A DNA stretch of 64,000 nucleotides from Clostridia bacterium. Its GTDB lineage: Bacteria; Bacillota; Clostridia; Oscillospirales; Acutalibacteraceae. A program made the position numbers and the translations under genes. The DNA is taken from NCBI GenBank assembly GCA_017434985.1, contig JAFSFY010000039.1, positions 36,849 through 100,848 on the forward strand, in the 5' to 3' direction. Positions 17,372-27,585 of the stretch are shown here, piece by piece. The stretch's first letter is position 1. Each line of letters opens with the position of its first letter. The notes below the pieces were generated by a model. That model did not search any database and had not been told where the DNA came from. It worked only from the letters and a program-made list of their open reading frames with translations.

Positions 17372-17932
17372 TTATTCGGGTTTATTTTCGCTTTTGCGGT
17401 AGCGAATCAGTGCTACCACAGTGGAAATGGTGCATAGCGAATCGTTTGCCAGTGCCACGGGATAGAATTTAAAGGCACTGTTCATCAGCCAAAAGAACGA
17501 CCAGAAAAACGAAAAGATTCGTAACGATCTCTCGCTTTTTCGACTATTGGCAATGACGGCAAAAACACCGGCCAACAGCGGGAAAACATCTGTCCAACCT
17601 TGAAATGACAGTAGAGAGAATCCGGAAATCAGTACAATGAAAACGACAATGGTGATCGGGTGGGTCGCCCACTTCCATTGGTCGCTTTTGGAAAAGACGG
17701 CAAGCATAATGGCACTCAGTAGGCAGGCGATAGCACTGGTGACGTCGCCTTGCAACAAAAAATAGGCGATCCAACTCATCTGCCCGAAAAAGTTGCTGAG
17801 AATGATGCTGACGCGCTTTTTAAATTGAAAAGAAATAACCGAAAGCGTCATAGCCACAATACCGATGCCGTATACCAATAGATAATAACCGACACCAAGG
17901 GCGGTTACCAATCCGTCAATTTCTATATGCAT
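17372..17932 (-). CDS. Small integral membrane protein (YgjV-like, 5-6 TM)
   Basis: 186 aa, strongly hydrophobic. RBS GAAGGTG. Confidence 0.55.
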   Translation of the reverse strand: MHIEIDGLVTALGVGYYLLVYGIGIVAMTLSVISFQFKKRVSIILSNFFGQMSWIAYFLLQGDVTSAIACLLSAIMLAVFSKSDQWKWATHPITIVVFIVLISGFSLLSFQGWTDVFPLLAGVFAVIANSRKSERSLRIFSFFWSFFWLMNSAFKFYPVALANDSLCTISTVVALIRYRKSENKPE

Positions 17933-17956
17933 TCGTGAACACCTTCTGTTTCAAAA

Positions 17957-18715
17957 TCAAAAACGATACAACCGCCGCGCGTTTTCTTCGGCGATGCGTA
18001 AAACTTCGTCGGTGGTCATGCCGCGAAGCGCCGCAATGGTGGACGCCGTGTGGATGATCATCGAGGAATCGCACCGTTCACCCCGCAGCGGAACGGGGGC
18101 AAGGTAGGGCGCGTCGGTTTCGAGAAGTAAACGATCAAGCGGCATTTCGCTTGCCACTTCCACGAGTTTGCGCGCGTTTTTAAAGGTCACCACACCGCCG
18201 ATGCCGATGTGCATCCCGAGCTTCAGTACCTCGCGTGCCATCTCCACACTGCCCGAAAAACAGTGAACCACGCCCTCGGGAGAATATTCCTTTAAAATGG
18301 TCAGCGTGTCTTCGTGCGCGTCGCGGTCGTGGATGACCACGGGGAGTGACAATTCCCGCGCAAGTGCCAACTGTGCGCGAAAACAACGGTGCTGAATATC
18401 GCGCGGGGCACCGTCCTCGTAATGATAATCGAGTCCGATCTCGCCGATGGCTACCGCTTTGGGGTGGGAGGCGATCACACGCAACTCGTCAATATCGCGG
18501 TCGGTAAAGGTCGCCGCTTCTTGCGGATGGATGCCCACCGCCGCCCATAATGAGGGGTATCGGTCGGCAAGGGCGAGTGCCTCGCGGGAATCCGAAACGG
18601 TGGTGCCCGACTCGATGATGCCGCTGACCTTGCCACCGAACAAGGCGGTCAACAGTGTGTCGCGGTCATCGTCAAACGCCGTGCTTAAATAATGAGCATG
18701 AGAATCAAAAATCAT
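17957..18715 (-). CDS. tatD: TatD-family metal-dependent DNase/hydrolase
   Basis: MIFDSHAHYL... and the conserved His/Asp/Glu ligand pattern. Typically downstream of metG in Firmicutes. Confidence 0.9.
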   Translation of the reverse strand: MIFDSHAHYLSTAFDDDRDTLLTALFGGKVSGIIESGTTVSDSREALALADRYPSLWAAVGIHPQEAATFTDRDIDELRVIASHPKAVAIGEIGLDYHYEDGAPRDIQHRCFRAQLALARELSLPVVIHDRDAHEDTLTILKEYSPEGVVHCFSGSVEMAREVLKLGMHIGIGGVVTFKNARKLVEVASEMPLDRLLLETDAPYLAPVPLRGERCDSSMIIHTASTIAALRGMTTDEVLRIAEENARRLYRF

Positions 18716-18761
18716 AGGTTACCTCGTAAAAAGAGGGCACGAAAGTGCCCTCTTTTGGTTG

Positions 18762-20702
18762 TTATCGTACTTTGCTGCCGGGGTTGAGCCCGTCCACAAA
18801 GATCACTTTTGCGGCATCACCGTCGTCGGCCGCCAAGATCATACCGCGGCTTTCCACACCGCAGAGCACCGCGGGTTTCAGGTTGGCCACCACGATGACC
18901 GAACGACCTTTCAGTTCGTCGGGCGTGTACCACAGCGCGATGCCCGAAGCGACCGTGCGGGGCGTGCCGCTGCCGTCGTCGAGCGTGAGTTTGAGCAGCT
19001 TTTTCGCTTTTTTGATCGGCTCGCAATCCACGATTTTGGCTACGCGCAGATCCACCGAAGCAAAGGTGTCGATGGTGATCTCGTCGAGGAAAGTGATGCC
19101 CTCCGGCACCTCTTCGGCTTTCGCTTTGGCTTCTTGCTCGGCGGCAATTTCCGCCAAGGCTTTTTCGAGATCAATACGCGCAAATAAGGGAGACGGCGTA
19201 CCGACGGTAAACGTCTCGGTCGCGCCAAACGTCAATCCCTCAAACGCAATGGCTTCGGTCGGCAACTGCATTTGCATGAGCGTGGCGGTCGCCGTGTCAG
19301 GCAGAACGGGGGAGAGACACGCGGTCAACAGACGGATGCTCTCAAGCAGGTTGTACAGCACCGTTTCGAGCTTGTCGCGGTCGTCCTCGTTTTTGGCCAT
19401 CGCCCACGGCGCGGTCTCGTCAATGTATTTGTTGCAACGCTTGGCAAAGGACATCACCGCGTCCACCGCCTCGGCGTTGTGCCACGTATCCATCAGTTTC
19501 GTGTAGTTTTTCAGCATATCCGCCGCCGAAGCGATCAAATCTCCGTCAAACTCACTGCCGACAACGTCCGTCTTGCGCACGGTGCCGCCGAAATACTTGT
19601 TGGTCATCGCAATGCTGCGGTTGACAAGGTTGCCGAGTGTGTTGGCGAGATCGGCATTGTAACGGTTGATGAACATCTCGTAGGTGATGGTGCCGTCTTG
19701 TGCGAACGGAATTTCCGACAACAGATAATAGCGCACCGCATCTTTGCCGAAACGGTCGGCCAATTCGTCGGCATACAGCACGTTGCCTTTGGATTTGCTC
19801 ATCTTGTCTTCACCCGACAACACCCACGGGTGACCGAGCACTTGTTTCGGGAGTGGCAGACCCAGCGCCATCAAAATGATGGGCCAATAAATGGTGTGGA
19901 ATCGCACGATATCCTTGCCGATGACGTGCAGGTCGGCGGGCCAATATTTGTCAAACAACTCACCGTTGTTGCCGTCGGGATGATAGCCGAGACCGGTGAT
20001 GTAGTTGGAAAGCGCGTCGATCCACACGTAGATGACGTGCTTGTTATCAAATTCCACCGGCACGCCCCAACTGAACGACGAACGGGACACGCACAGGTCG
20101 GACAACCCTTTTTTGAGGAAGTTGTTCATCATCTCGTTGCGGCGGGATTCCGGCTGGATGAAGTCGGGATGCTCTTCGTAGTATTTGATGAGTTGATCCT
20201 GATACTTGGACAAACGCAGGAAATACGCTTCTTCCTTCGCGTCGGTCACTTCGCGCCCGCAATCGGGACATTTGCCGTCCACCAGTTGCGAGGGGGTGAA
20301 GAACGATTCACAAGGCACGCAGTATTTGCCTTCGTATTCACTCTTATAAATATCGCCTTGCTCATACAATTTTTTGAAGATGGCACTCACGGCGGCTTCG
20401 TGGTCGGCATCGGTGGTGCGGATAAAGCGATCGTGTGAGGCGCCGACTTTATCCCATACCATTTTGATCTCATCCGACACCGCGTCAACGTACTCTTTGG
20501 GCGAAATACCTTTTTCCTGCGCGGCTTCCTGAATTTTTTGTCCGTGCTCGTCCGAGCCGGTTAAAAAGTGAACATCAAACCCTTGCATTCGTTTATACCG
20601 CGCGATCATATCGGCAAGCACGATGTCGTAAGCGTTGCCGATGTGCGGTTTGCGCGAGGTATACGCGATGGCGGTGGTGATGTAAAATTTCTTGTTTTCC
20701 AT
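18762..20702 (-). CDS. metG: Methionine--tRNA ligase with C-terminal tRNA-binding (EMAP-like) domain
   Basis: HIGNAY (HIGH) and KMSKS motifs, zinc knuckle CPDCG, C-terminal OB-fold. Confidence 0.95.
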   Translation of the reverse strand: MENKKFYITTAIAYTSRKPHIGNAYDIVLADMIARYKRMQGFDVHFLTGSDEHGQKIQEAAQEKGISPKEYVDAVSDEIKMVWDKVGASHDRFIRTTDADHEAAVSAIFKKLYEQGDIYKSEYEGKYCVPCESFFTPSQLVDGKCPDCGREVTDAKEEAYFLRLSKYQDQLIKYYEEHPDFIQPESRRNEMMNNFLKKGLSDLCVSRSSFSWGVPVEFDNKHVIYVWIDALSNYITGLGYHPDGNNGELFDKYWPADLHVIGKDIVRFHTIYWPIILMALGLPLPKQVLGHPWVLSGEDKMSKSKGNVLYADELADRFGKDAVRYYLLSEIPFAQDGTITYEMFINRYNADLANTLGNLVNRSIAMTNKYFGGTVRKTDVVGSEFDGDLIASAADMLKNYTKLMDTWHNAEAVDAVMSFAKRCNKYIDETAPWAMAKNEDDRDKLETVLYNLLESIRLLTACLSPVLPDTATATLMQMQLPTEAIAFEGLTFGATETFTVGTPSPLFARIDLEKALAEIAAEQEAKAKAEEVPEGITFLDEITIDTFASVDLRVAKIVDCEPIKKAKKLLKLTLDDGSGTPRTVASGIALWYTPDELKGRSVIVVANLKPAVLCGVESRGMILAADDGDAAKVIFVDGLNPGSKVR

Positions 20703-20779
20703 TGAGGTGATGCCCCCTTATTATGATACAGCTTCTATTTTAACAGATTTTATCAAAAATACAAGAACTTTTCGAAAAC

Positions 20780-20808
20780 TTGCATTTTTCCTCAAAAACC
20801 GTTATAAT
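20780..20808 (+). promoter_or_regulatory. SigmaA-type promoter TTGCAT-N17-TATAAT for the pseudouridine synthase/luxS unit
   Basis: Seen directly. Confidence 0.5.
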
Positions 20809-20833
20809 CAAGCAAAGAAAGCGGGGTGACGCG

Positions 20834-21724
20834 GTGGAACGGTGGGTCTATACGATACCGACGGAATATGACGGGGCAAACGTGCAAACCTTTTTGCGCC
20901 GCGGCCTCGGGATGTCGTCCCGTATGGTGGTGCGGCTCAAATTTAAGGAGGACGGCATTACGGTAAACGGCGAGCGCCGCCGCACCATCGACCCGTTGCG
21001 GGCGGGGGAAACGCTGGTTTTGTGCCCGCCCGATGACGAGGTGCACATCGAGGGGGCCGATCTGCCGCTTGACGTGGTGTACGAGGACGAGGCGGTATTG
21101 GTGATCAACAAACCACCGTATCTCGCGGTACATCCCTCGGCAGGCAAACCCGAACCGACCCTTGCCAATGCGGTGGTGGGGTATTACGAGCGGCGCGGAA
21201 ATCCGCTCTCCTTTCGTCCCGTCAACCGCCTCGACCGCAACACCAGCGGCCTGTTGCTTGCCGCCAAAAATTCCCATGCGGCGTACGCGTTAATGCAAAA
21301 ACCGCAAAAAGAGTATCTCGCCATCGTGTTGGGCGAGTTGCACGGGAGTGGGCTCATCGACCAACCCATTCGTGTGAAAGAGGGTTCCTGCATCACGCGG
21401 GAAGTGGGGGAAGGCGGCAAGGAAAGCCGCACGCATTATGAGGCGTTGGCGACCGACGGGGAGATTACCCTCGTGCGCCTACACCTTGAAACGGGGCGCA
21501 CCCACCAAATTCGCGTGCACATGGCGTGGCTCGGGTATCCGTTGGCGGGCGATACGATGTACGGTACCGACGAAACGGTGATGCCGCGCCACGCGTTGCA
21601 TTGCGCGAGTATGCGCTTTGAACATCCGATAAGCGGTGTGCCGCTCTCGTTTGGCAGTCCTCTGCCCGACGATATGTGGAACTGCCTCAACCAACACGGT
21701 CTGACAGGAGGACTTACACGATGA
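20834..21724 (+). CDS. RluA-family 23S rRNA/tRNA pseudouridine synthase with N-terminal S4 domain
   Basis: VLVINKPPYLAVHPSAG...RLDRNTSGLLLAAKN...THQIRVHMAWLGYPLAGDTMYG. The start is uncertain (GTG 20834 lies downstream of the -10 element). Confidence 0.8.
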   Translation: MERWVYTIPTEYDGANVQTFLRRGLGMSSRMVVRLKFKEDGITVNGERRRTIDPLRAGETLVLCPPDDEVHIEGADLPLDVVYEDEAVLVINKPPYLAVHPSAGKPEPTLANAVVGYYERRGNPLSFRPVNRLDRNTSGLLLAAKNSHAAYALMQKPQKEYLAIVLGELHGSGLIDQPIRVKEGSCITREVGEGGKESRTHYEALATDGEITLVRLHLETGRTHQIRVHMAWLGYPLAGDTMYGTDETVMPRHALHCASMRFEHPISGVPLSFGSPLPDDMWNCLNQHGLTGGLTR

Positions 21725-22179
21725 AACAAATTGCCAGTTTTCAAATTGACCACGATCTTTTGACCCCCGGTATGTATCTGTCCCGTGTGGACGGCGACGT
21801 GATCACCTACGACCTTCGTTTCGTCCGCCCCAACACCCCGCCGTTTTTGGAAAATGCGGGGATGCACACGCTGGAGCATCTGTTTGCTACCTACGTGCGC
21901 AGCAGTGTGTTTGAGGATAACATCATCTATTTCGGTCCGATGGGATGCCGCACGGGGTTTTATTTCCTCACCCGCGGCTTGTCGCACGAGGATGCCATCG
22001 CCCTCACCAAAGAGGCGCTGACCTTCATCGCCGCTTACGAAGATGCCATTCCCGGCACCACCAAAGCGGAGTGCGGCAACTACCTGGAACACGATTTGGA
22101 TAAGGCGCGCGAATACGCCGCGTTCCTTGCCGAAACCCTACAAAATTGGACACCTGAAAAGCTGGTCTACCCCTCGTAA
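21721..22179 (+). CDS. luxS: S-ribosylhomocysteine lyase (autoinducer-2 synthase)
   Basis: HTLEHL metal motif, GPMGCRTGFY. RBS CAGGAGGA. Confidence 0.92.
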   Translation: MKQIASFQIDHDLLTPGMYLSRVDGDVITYDLRFVRPNTPPFLENAGMHTLEHLFATYVRSSVFEDNIIYFGPMGCRTGFYFLTRGLSHEDAIALTKEALTFIAAYEDAIPGTTKAECGNYLEHDLDKAREYAAFLAETLQNWTPEKLVYPS

Positions 22180-22202
22180 ACGGGGGTAGACTTGATTTTT
22201 TT
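22166..22202 (+). terminator. Intrinsic terminator overlapping the luxS stop
   Basis: gtctacccc-tcgtaaac-gggggtagac followed by a T-run. Confidence 0.6.
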
Positions 22203-22220
22203 GTCAAAAAGGCGTATACT
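22192..22220 (+). promoter_or_regulatory. Promoter TTGATT-N17-TATACT for the M23 peptidase gene
   Basis: Seen directly. Confidence 0.4.
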
Positions 22221-22250
22221 GTGCACAAGAATGTCAAGGAGGTGAAGCGT

Positions 22251-23798
22251 GTGAAGCGACGAGAAAAACCGCAAAATGCCGAAAAAACGACGTTTTGGGA
22301 CATCTATTTTACTGCCGAAAAGCGGCAGGAATACCGCGAGTGGTTGTATGCTTTTTGCTATACGGTCGGCGTGCGCACCGTGCGTTGCCTGCGTTCGCTT
22401 TCGCGCTTCACGCGGTGGCTTTGGCGCCCGATTGAAAGGGGTGTCAAGCGTCTGGTCGACGTAGTTTTCGTTCAAAATGCCCGCCGTTTTAAGAACGAAC
22501 TTCGTCGTTTGGGCGAAGGGTTTTCGCTGGCGTGGCAAACCTTGCACGAGGAACATGCGTTTCGCAATGCCCTCAAAATCCCCGTGTTGGCGGTGCGTCG
22601 CCATCGCAAGGTGGCAACCTCGATCCTCAACGTGGCGGCGCCGTTGCTCGCCGTGCTGGTGCTTCTTTTCACGGTCGGGTATTGGCGCGGGGCGGAGTTT
22701 GCGCTGTTTCTTACCTATAACGATACCGAAGTCGGCTACATTGCCGACGAGAGCACTTTTGTAAACGCGTCCACGCTGGTTAAGCAGTCGGTTATCAACG
22801 CGGACGGTGGATTTGTTATCAACAAGCATCCGCAGATGCAGATCGCCGTCATTCACGATCAATCGTTGTTACAAGAGGAAGAAGTGCGCGATCGCATTTT
22901 CGAAACACTTGGCGAGCAGGTGCAACCGGCCGCGGGTTTGTACGTGGACGGTGTGTTCAAAGGGGCTCTTCCGAGTGCCGCGTCCATTAAAAGTAAGATG
23001 GACACGGTGTTGGACGTTCACCGTTCCAAAGAATACGACGGTGTTGGTTTCTTTTGTGAGGTGGAGATCAAAGAAGGAACCTATCCCACGTCGGCGTTGA
23101 TCGGCGAAGCGGATATGCTGTCGGTGATCCGTCGTTTGCCGGTCAAAACCGTGAAAAACGTGACCACCGTTGAAAAATTAAAATACAAAACGGTGTACCA
23201 ACCGGATGCGACCCAACCGCTGGGGTATGAGGAGCTCATCACGAAAGGAAAAGACGGAAAGCAACGTGTATTGTCGCAGATCATTTACGTTGACGGTAAA
23301 GAGCAATATCGCACGGTGGTGGCAACCGACGTGATCCAAAAAGCGGTCGATCGTGTGATGAAGATCGGTGCGCAGACCTACGGCGATACCTCCATCATCG
23401 GTGACGGCGTGGCAACCGATAGTTTTATTTGGCCGTTGCCGTATACCAAAACTATTTCGTCGCCGTTTGCCAGCCGTTGGGGCAGTTTCCACGGCGCCAT
23501 CGATATTGCCAACGGTTCCACAATGGGCAAGCCCATCATCGCGTCTGACGGCGGCACGGTGGTGGAAGCGGAATATCACGGCAGCTATGGCTATTACGTC
23601 CTCATTGACCACGGAAACGGTTTTATGACCCGTTATGCCCACTGCAGCAAATTGGTGGTGGAAGCCGGCGAAAAGGTGGCACAAGGGCAATACATTGCCA
23701 AGGTGGGGAATACGGGTTATTCGCTCGGTGCCCATTTGCATTTTGAAATCATCAAAGACGGCGTATTGGTCGACCCGCTCGACTACGTGCAGAGATAA
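22251..23798 (+). CDS. Membrane-anchored peptidoglycan DD-metalloendopeptidase (G5 domain + M23/LytM domain)
   Basis: GTG after AAGGAGGTG. TM segment; G5-like KTVKNVTTVEKLKYKTVYQPD...GKDGKQRV. M23 motifs HGAIDIA...GYYVLIDHGNGFMTRYAHCS...GNTGYSLGAHLHFEI. Confidence 0.8.
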   Translation: MKRREKPQNAEKTTFWDIYFTAEKRQEYREWLYAFCYTVGVRTVRCLRSLSRFTRWLWRPIERGVKRLVDVVFVQNARRFKNELRRLGEGFSLAWQTLHEEHAFRNALKIPVLAVRRHRKVATSILNVAAPLLAVLVLLFTVGYWRGAEFALFLTYNDTEVGYIADESTFVNASTLVKQSVINADGGFVINKHPQMQIAVIHDQSLLQEEEVRDRIFETLGEQVQPAAGLYVDGVFKGALPSAASIKSKMDTVLDVHRSKEYDGVGFFCEVEIKEGTYPTSALIGEADMLSVIRRLPVKTVKNVTTVEKLKYKTVYQPDATQPLGYEELITKGKDGKQRVLSQIIYVDGKEQYRTVVATDVIQKAVDRVMKIGAQTYGDTSIIGDGVATDSFIWPLPYTKTISSPFASRWGSFHGAIDIANGSTMGKPIIASDGGTVVEAEYHGSYGYYVLIDHGNGFMTRYAHCSKLVVEAGEKVAQGQYIAKVGNTGYSLGAHLHFEIIKDGVLVDPLDYVQR

Positions 23799-23802
23799 CG
23801 TC

Positions 23803-23840
23803 AACCGACATCGTGAAAACGATGTCGGTTTTTCTGTTTG
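23803..23840 (+). terminator. Intrinsic terminator
   Basis: aaccgacatcgt-gaaa-acgatgtcggtt followed by a T-run. Confidence 0.6.
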
Positions 23841-23934
23841 TGCATATACTGAATAATGAGCATTGCGCGTATTCGTTGTTTAAAGACGGACAAGCAGGGC
23901 AGAATAGTTTTGCAATGCACAAACGGAAAGGGAT

Positions 23935-24327
23935 ATGGGTATGAACATTCGTCGCGGTGACATTTATTATGCCGATTTAAGCCCGGTTGTCGGCTCGGAA
24001 CAAGGTGGCGTTCGTCCGGTGTTGATCGTGCAAAACGACGTGGGCAATCGTTTTAGTCCCACGGTGATCGCGGCGGCAATCACTAGCCAAAAAGATAAGG
24101 CGCGGTTGCCCACGCACATTCAAGTGAATTCCGTCGGCAGCGGTTTGGCCAAAGATTCGGTTGTTTTATTGGAACAGATCCGTACGTTGGACAAGCGTCG
24201 TTTGAAAGAACATATGGGGCGGTTGGACGACCATTCCATGAACCGTGTGGATCAAGCGCTGCAGATCAGTTTTGGGTTGGGAGTCGCTTCGTCGCAAACA
24301 AACACGCAAAAAGCTTCGACAAGGTGA
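23935..24327 (+). CDS. mazF: MazF/PemK-family mRNA interferase toxin (EndoA-like) with a short C-terminal extension; no adjacent antitoxin gene
   Basis: [48 protein letters not shown]...LPTHIQV...[16 protein letters not shown] closely follows EndoA/MazF. Confidence 0.8.
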   Translation: MGMNIRRGDIYYADLSPVVGSEQGGVRPVLIVQNDVGNRFSPTVIAAAITSQKDKARLPTHIQVNSVGSGLAKDSVVLLEQIRTLDKRRLKEHMGRLDDHSMNRVDQALQISFGLGVASSQTNTQKASTR

Positions 24328-24417
24328 TGGGCAAACCTAACGGCGGATAATTGTGCAATATATACAAAATTAATAAAGTGCTTCGCAAAAAATTACGAGA
24401 TTTTCGACAAATCCCCC

Positions 24418-24446
24418 TTGATTTTTACAAGTAGGGTTGTTATAAT
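24418..24446 (+). promoter_or_regulatory. Promoter TTGATT-N17-TATAAT for the glgBCDA operon
   Basis: Seen directly. Confidence 0.5.
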
Positions 24447-24477
24447 ATAGAGGAAATAAGTATTGAGGATGTTGCGA

Positions 24478-26352
24478 ATGGACAGACCAAACAGAATTTT
24501 TGACCAAACAGACTTTCACGCCTATCGCCATTTGGGTTGTCACGCAACCTCTCTCGGAAGATATGTGTTCCGCGTGTGGGCACCGTGTGCACAGTCGGTC
24601 AGTTTGGTGGGCGATTTCAACGGGTGGAACACCGCCGCCTCGCCGCTTTCCCGCGTGGGGGAAGAGGGTGTGTGGGAAATCGTGACCGATCAGGTGCACG
24701 AATACGATGCCTATAAGTATTACGTCGTCGGTCAAAACGGACAAGGGGTTATGAAATCCGATCCGTATGCATATCATTATGAAACGCGTCCCTCCACCGC
24801 TTCGCGCGTGTATTCGCTCGGTGATTTTGCGTGGACGGACGGGGCGTGGCAAAAGGAAAAAGAAAAAACTTCCGTGTACAATATTCCCGTCAACATCTAC
24901 GAAGTGCACGTCGGGTCGTGGAAACAATATGCCGACGGCAACAATTTCTCGTATGAGAAATTGGCGGATGAACTGATTCCCTACGTACAAAAAATGGGGT
25001 ATACCCATATTGAGTTGATGCCCGTGACCGAATACCCGTTTGACGGGTCGTGGGGGTATCAGGTGACGGGGTATTACGCGCCGACTTCGCGTTACGGAAC
25101 CCCCAAAGGGCTGATGTCGTTTATTGATCGATGCCACCGCGGCGGCATCGGTGTGATTATGGATTGGGTGCCCGGTCATTTCCCCAAAGACGAGTACGGG
25201 CTGTATCGGTTTGACGGGTCACCGTGTTACGAGTATGCCGACCCACGCAAGGGCGAACACAAAGAATGGGGCACCTGCGTGTTCGACTTCGGGCGCCCCG
25301 AAGTGCGGAGTTTTCTCATTTCCAACGTGCTGTTTTGGCTCGAATATTATCATATTGACGGCATTCGCGTCGATGCGGTCGCCTCGATGCTGTACTTGGA
25401 TTACAATCGCCGTGACGGGGAGTGGATGCCGAATATACACGGTGGCCACGAGAATCTGGAAGCGGTTGAGTTCTTGAGGATGCTCAATCGGGCGGTGTTT
25501 GCGGAATATCCGCACACCATGATGATCGCGGAAGAATCCACCGCGTGGCCGATGGTGTCCCGTCCTCCCGAAATGGGCGGTCTCGGCTTCAACTACAAGT
25601 GGAATATGGGTTGGATGAACGATATGCTGCGGTATGCGGCGCTTGACCCGTTTTTCCGCAAGGATAACCACGATGCGCTTACCTTTTCATTTTTCTACGC
25701 GTTTTCCGAAAACTTTATCCTGCCCGTTTCACACGACGAGGTGGTGCACGGGAAAGGCTCGCTTCTCAACAAAATGCCCGGCACGTACGAGGAGAAATTC
25801 GCCGGTTTCCGTTTGTTCCTTGCCTATATGATGGCGCATCCCGGCAAAAAACTCACCTTTATGGGGTCGGAATTCGGGCAATTTTCGGAATGGGACTACC
25901 AAAAAGAGTTGGATTGGCTGTTGCTTGACTATCCGGCACATCGGTCGCTGCAAGACTTCACTTGTGCGCTCAACCATTTTTATCGCGATCAAACACCGCT
26001 GTGGGACAACGATTTCACGTGGGAAGGTTTTTCGTGGATCGCGCACGATGACAACGCGCAAAGCGTGATCGCGTTCCGCCGTATCGCGCGGGACGGCAAA
26101 GAGGTGGTCGCCGTGTGCAATTTCACCCCCGTCGGGCGCGAGGATTATCGTATCGGCGTTCCCGAATACGCCACGTATGAGGAAATTTTCACCACGGATG
26201 ATGTTTCGTTCGGCGGTAGCGGTCTTGCAAACGGTATCGTCAAGGCCGAAAAGCAACCCCTGCACGGACACGAGCAGTCGATCTCGCTCACGTTACCCCC
26301 GTTGTCGGTTGTGTTTTTACGTAAAAAACGGCGTTTGCCGCAGAAATCTTGA
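24478..26352 (+). CDS. glgB: 1,4-alpha-glucan branching enzyme
   Basis: GH13 motifs: [35 protein letters not shown]. Start options TTG 24463/ATG 24469/ATG 24478; the RBS favours 24478. Confidence 0.9.
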   Translation: MDRPNRIFDQTDFHAYRHLGCHATSLGRYVFRVWAPCAQSVSLVGDFNGWNTAASPLSRVGEEGVWEIVTDQVHEYDAYKYYVVGQNGQGVMKSDPYAYHYETRPSTASRVYSLGDFAWTDGAWQKEKEKTSVYNIPVNIYEVHVGSWKQYADGNNFSYEKLADELIPYVQKMGYTHIELMPVTEYPFDGSWGYQVTGYYAPTSRYGTPKGLMSFIDRCHRGGIGVIMDWVPGHFPKDEYGLYRFDGSPCYEYADPRKGEHKEWGTCVFDFGRPEVRSFLISNVLFWLEYYHIDGIRVDAVASMLYLDYNRRDGEWMPNIHGGHENLEAVEFLRMLNRAVFAEYPHTMMIAEESTAWPMVSRPPEMGGLGFNYKWNMGWMNDMLRYAALDPFFRKDNHDALTFSFFYAFSENFILPVSHDEVVHGKGSLLNKMPGTYEEKFAGFRLFLAYMMAHPGKKLTFMGSEFGQFSEWDYQKELDWLLLDYPAHRSLQDFTCALNHFYRDQTPLWDNDFTWEGFSWIAHDDNAQSVIAFRRIARDGKEVVAVCNFTPVGREDYRIGVPEYATYEEIFTTDDVSFGGSGLANGIVKAEKQPLHGHEQSISLTLPPLSVVFLRKKRRLPQKS

Positions 26353-26366
26353 GGAGGATATGTTGT

Positions 26367-27584
26367 ATGTTTCGTAAACAGGAATGTGTCGCTATGTTGT
26401 TGGCGGGCGGACAAGGCAGTCGTTTGTACGCCCTCACCAAACACGTAGCCAAACCGGCCGTACCCTACGGCGGAAAATATCGTATCATCGATTTTCCGTT
26501 GTCCAACTGTGTCAATTCCGGTATTGAAACGGTGGGCGTTCTCACGCAGTATCAACCGCTCGAACTCAATGACTACATCGGTTCGGGTCAACCGTGGGAT
26601 CTGGACTTGATGGACGCGGGGGTACATATCTTGCCTCCTTATCAACGCAGCAAAGGCGCCGATTGGTACAAAGGCACTGCCAACGCCATCTATCAAAACA
26701 TCCCGTTTATTGAGCGGTACGATCCCGAATACGTGCTGGTGCTTTCCGGCGACCATATTTACAAAATGGATTATGCCAAAATGATCGAAGAGCACAAAGC
26801 CAACAACGCCGATTGCACCATTGCCGTGATCGAAGTGGAAATGGAAGAAGCCAGCCGTTTCGGTATTTTGAATACCAATCCCGACGGCTCGATCTACGAG
26901 TTTGACGAGAAACCCGCCGTTCCCAAAAGCAATTTGGCCTCGATGGGTATTTACGTGTTCAATTGGCAAAAACTGCGCCACTATTTGAAAGCGGACGAAA
27001 AAGACAAAAACTCGCAAAACGACTTCGGCAAAAACGTACTGCCCGCGATGCTGAATGCGGGCGAGCGGATGTTTGCCTATCGCTTTGAGGGGTATTGGAA
27101 AGACGTCGGTACCATCGACAGTTTGTGGGAAGCCAATATGGATCTTCTCAACCCGCGTGTACCGCTTGATCTTTCGGACGAAACGTGGAAGATCTATTCC
27201 CGCAGTTCGGGATTGCCGCCTCACTATATTGCCGACACCGCACAGGTGCAAAACAGTATGATCTCTGAAGGCGGGAACATTTACGGCAAGGTGGATTTCG
27301 CCGTGTTGTTCGCGGGTGTGACGGTGGAGGAAGGTGCCTTGGTGCGTGATTCCATCATTATGCCGGGTGTTACGGTGAAAAAAGGCGCTGTCGTGCAATA
27401 CGCCATCGTGGCGGAAGATGCCGTCATCGGTGAAAACGCCGTCGTCGGTGCTCGCCCCGAAGATATGCAGGATCTCGGCGAATGGGGCGTTGCCGTGGTG
27501 GCATCGGGCGTCAAGGTGGGGGACGGGTGTCAGGTTCCCGCCAAAGCCATGATTGATGCCGATATCAAAAAGGAGGCGAACTGA
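26367..27584 (+). CDS. glgC: Glucose-1-phosphate adenylyltransferase catalytic subunit
   Basis: [54 protein letters not shown]. Confidence 0.92.
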   Translation: MFRKQECVAMLLAGGQGSRLYALTKHVAKPAVPYGGKYRIIDFPLSNCVNSGIETVGVLTQYQPLELNDYIGSGQPWDLDLMDAGVHILPPYQRSKGADWYKGTANAIYQNIPFIERYDPEYVLVLSGDHIYKMDYAKMIEEHKANNADCTIAVIEVEMEEASRFGILNTNPDGSIYEFDEKPAVPKSNLASMGIYVFNWQKLRHYLKADEKDKNSQNDFGKNVLPAMLNAGERMFAYRFEGYWKDVGTIDSLWEANMDLLNPRVPLDLSDETWKIYSRSSGLPPHYIADTAQVQNSMISEGGNIYGKVDFAVLFAGVTVEEGALVRDSIIMPGVTVKKGAVVQYAIVAEDAVIGENAVVGARPEDMQDLGEWGVAVVASGVKVGDGCQVPAKAMIDADIKKEAN

Positions 27585-27585
27585 T

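Noticed and set aside
19272-20438. 388-aa plus-strand ORF, plus several Arg/His-rich ORFs at 18745-19506
   Set aside because: They are antisense to metG. The low-complexity R/H/G composition is typical of out-of-frame GC-rich reading.
20703-20833. T-box leader upstream of metG
   Set aside because: The metG-proximal intergenic region is only about 130 bp and is occupied by divergent promoters. That is far too short for a T-box, and no specifier or antiterminator was seen.
22167-22862. 231-aa minus-strand ORF overlapping the M23 peptidase gene
   Set aside because: It is antisense to a well-supported CDS, with no RBS.
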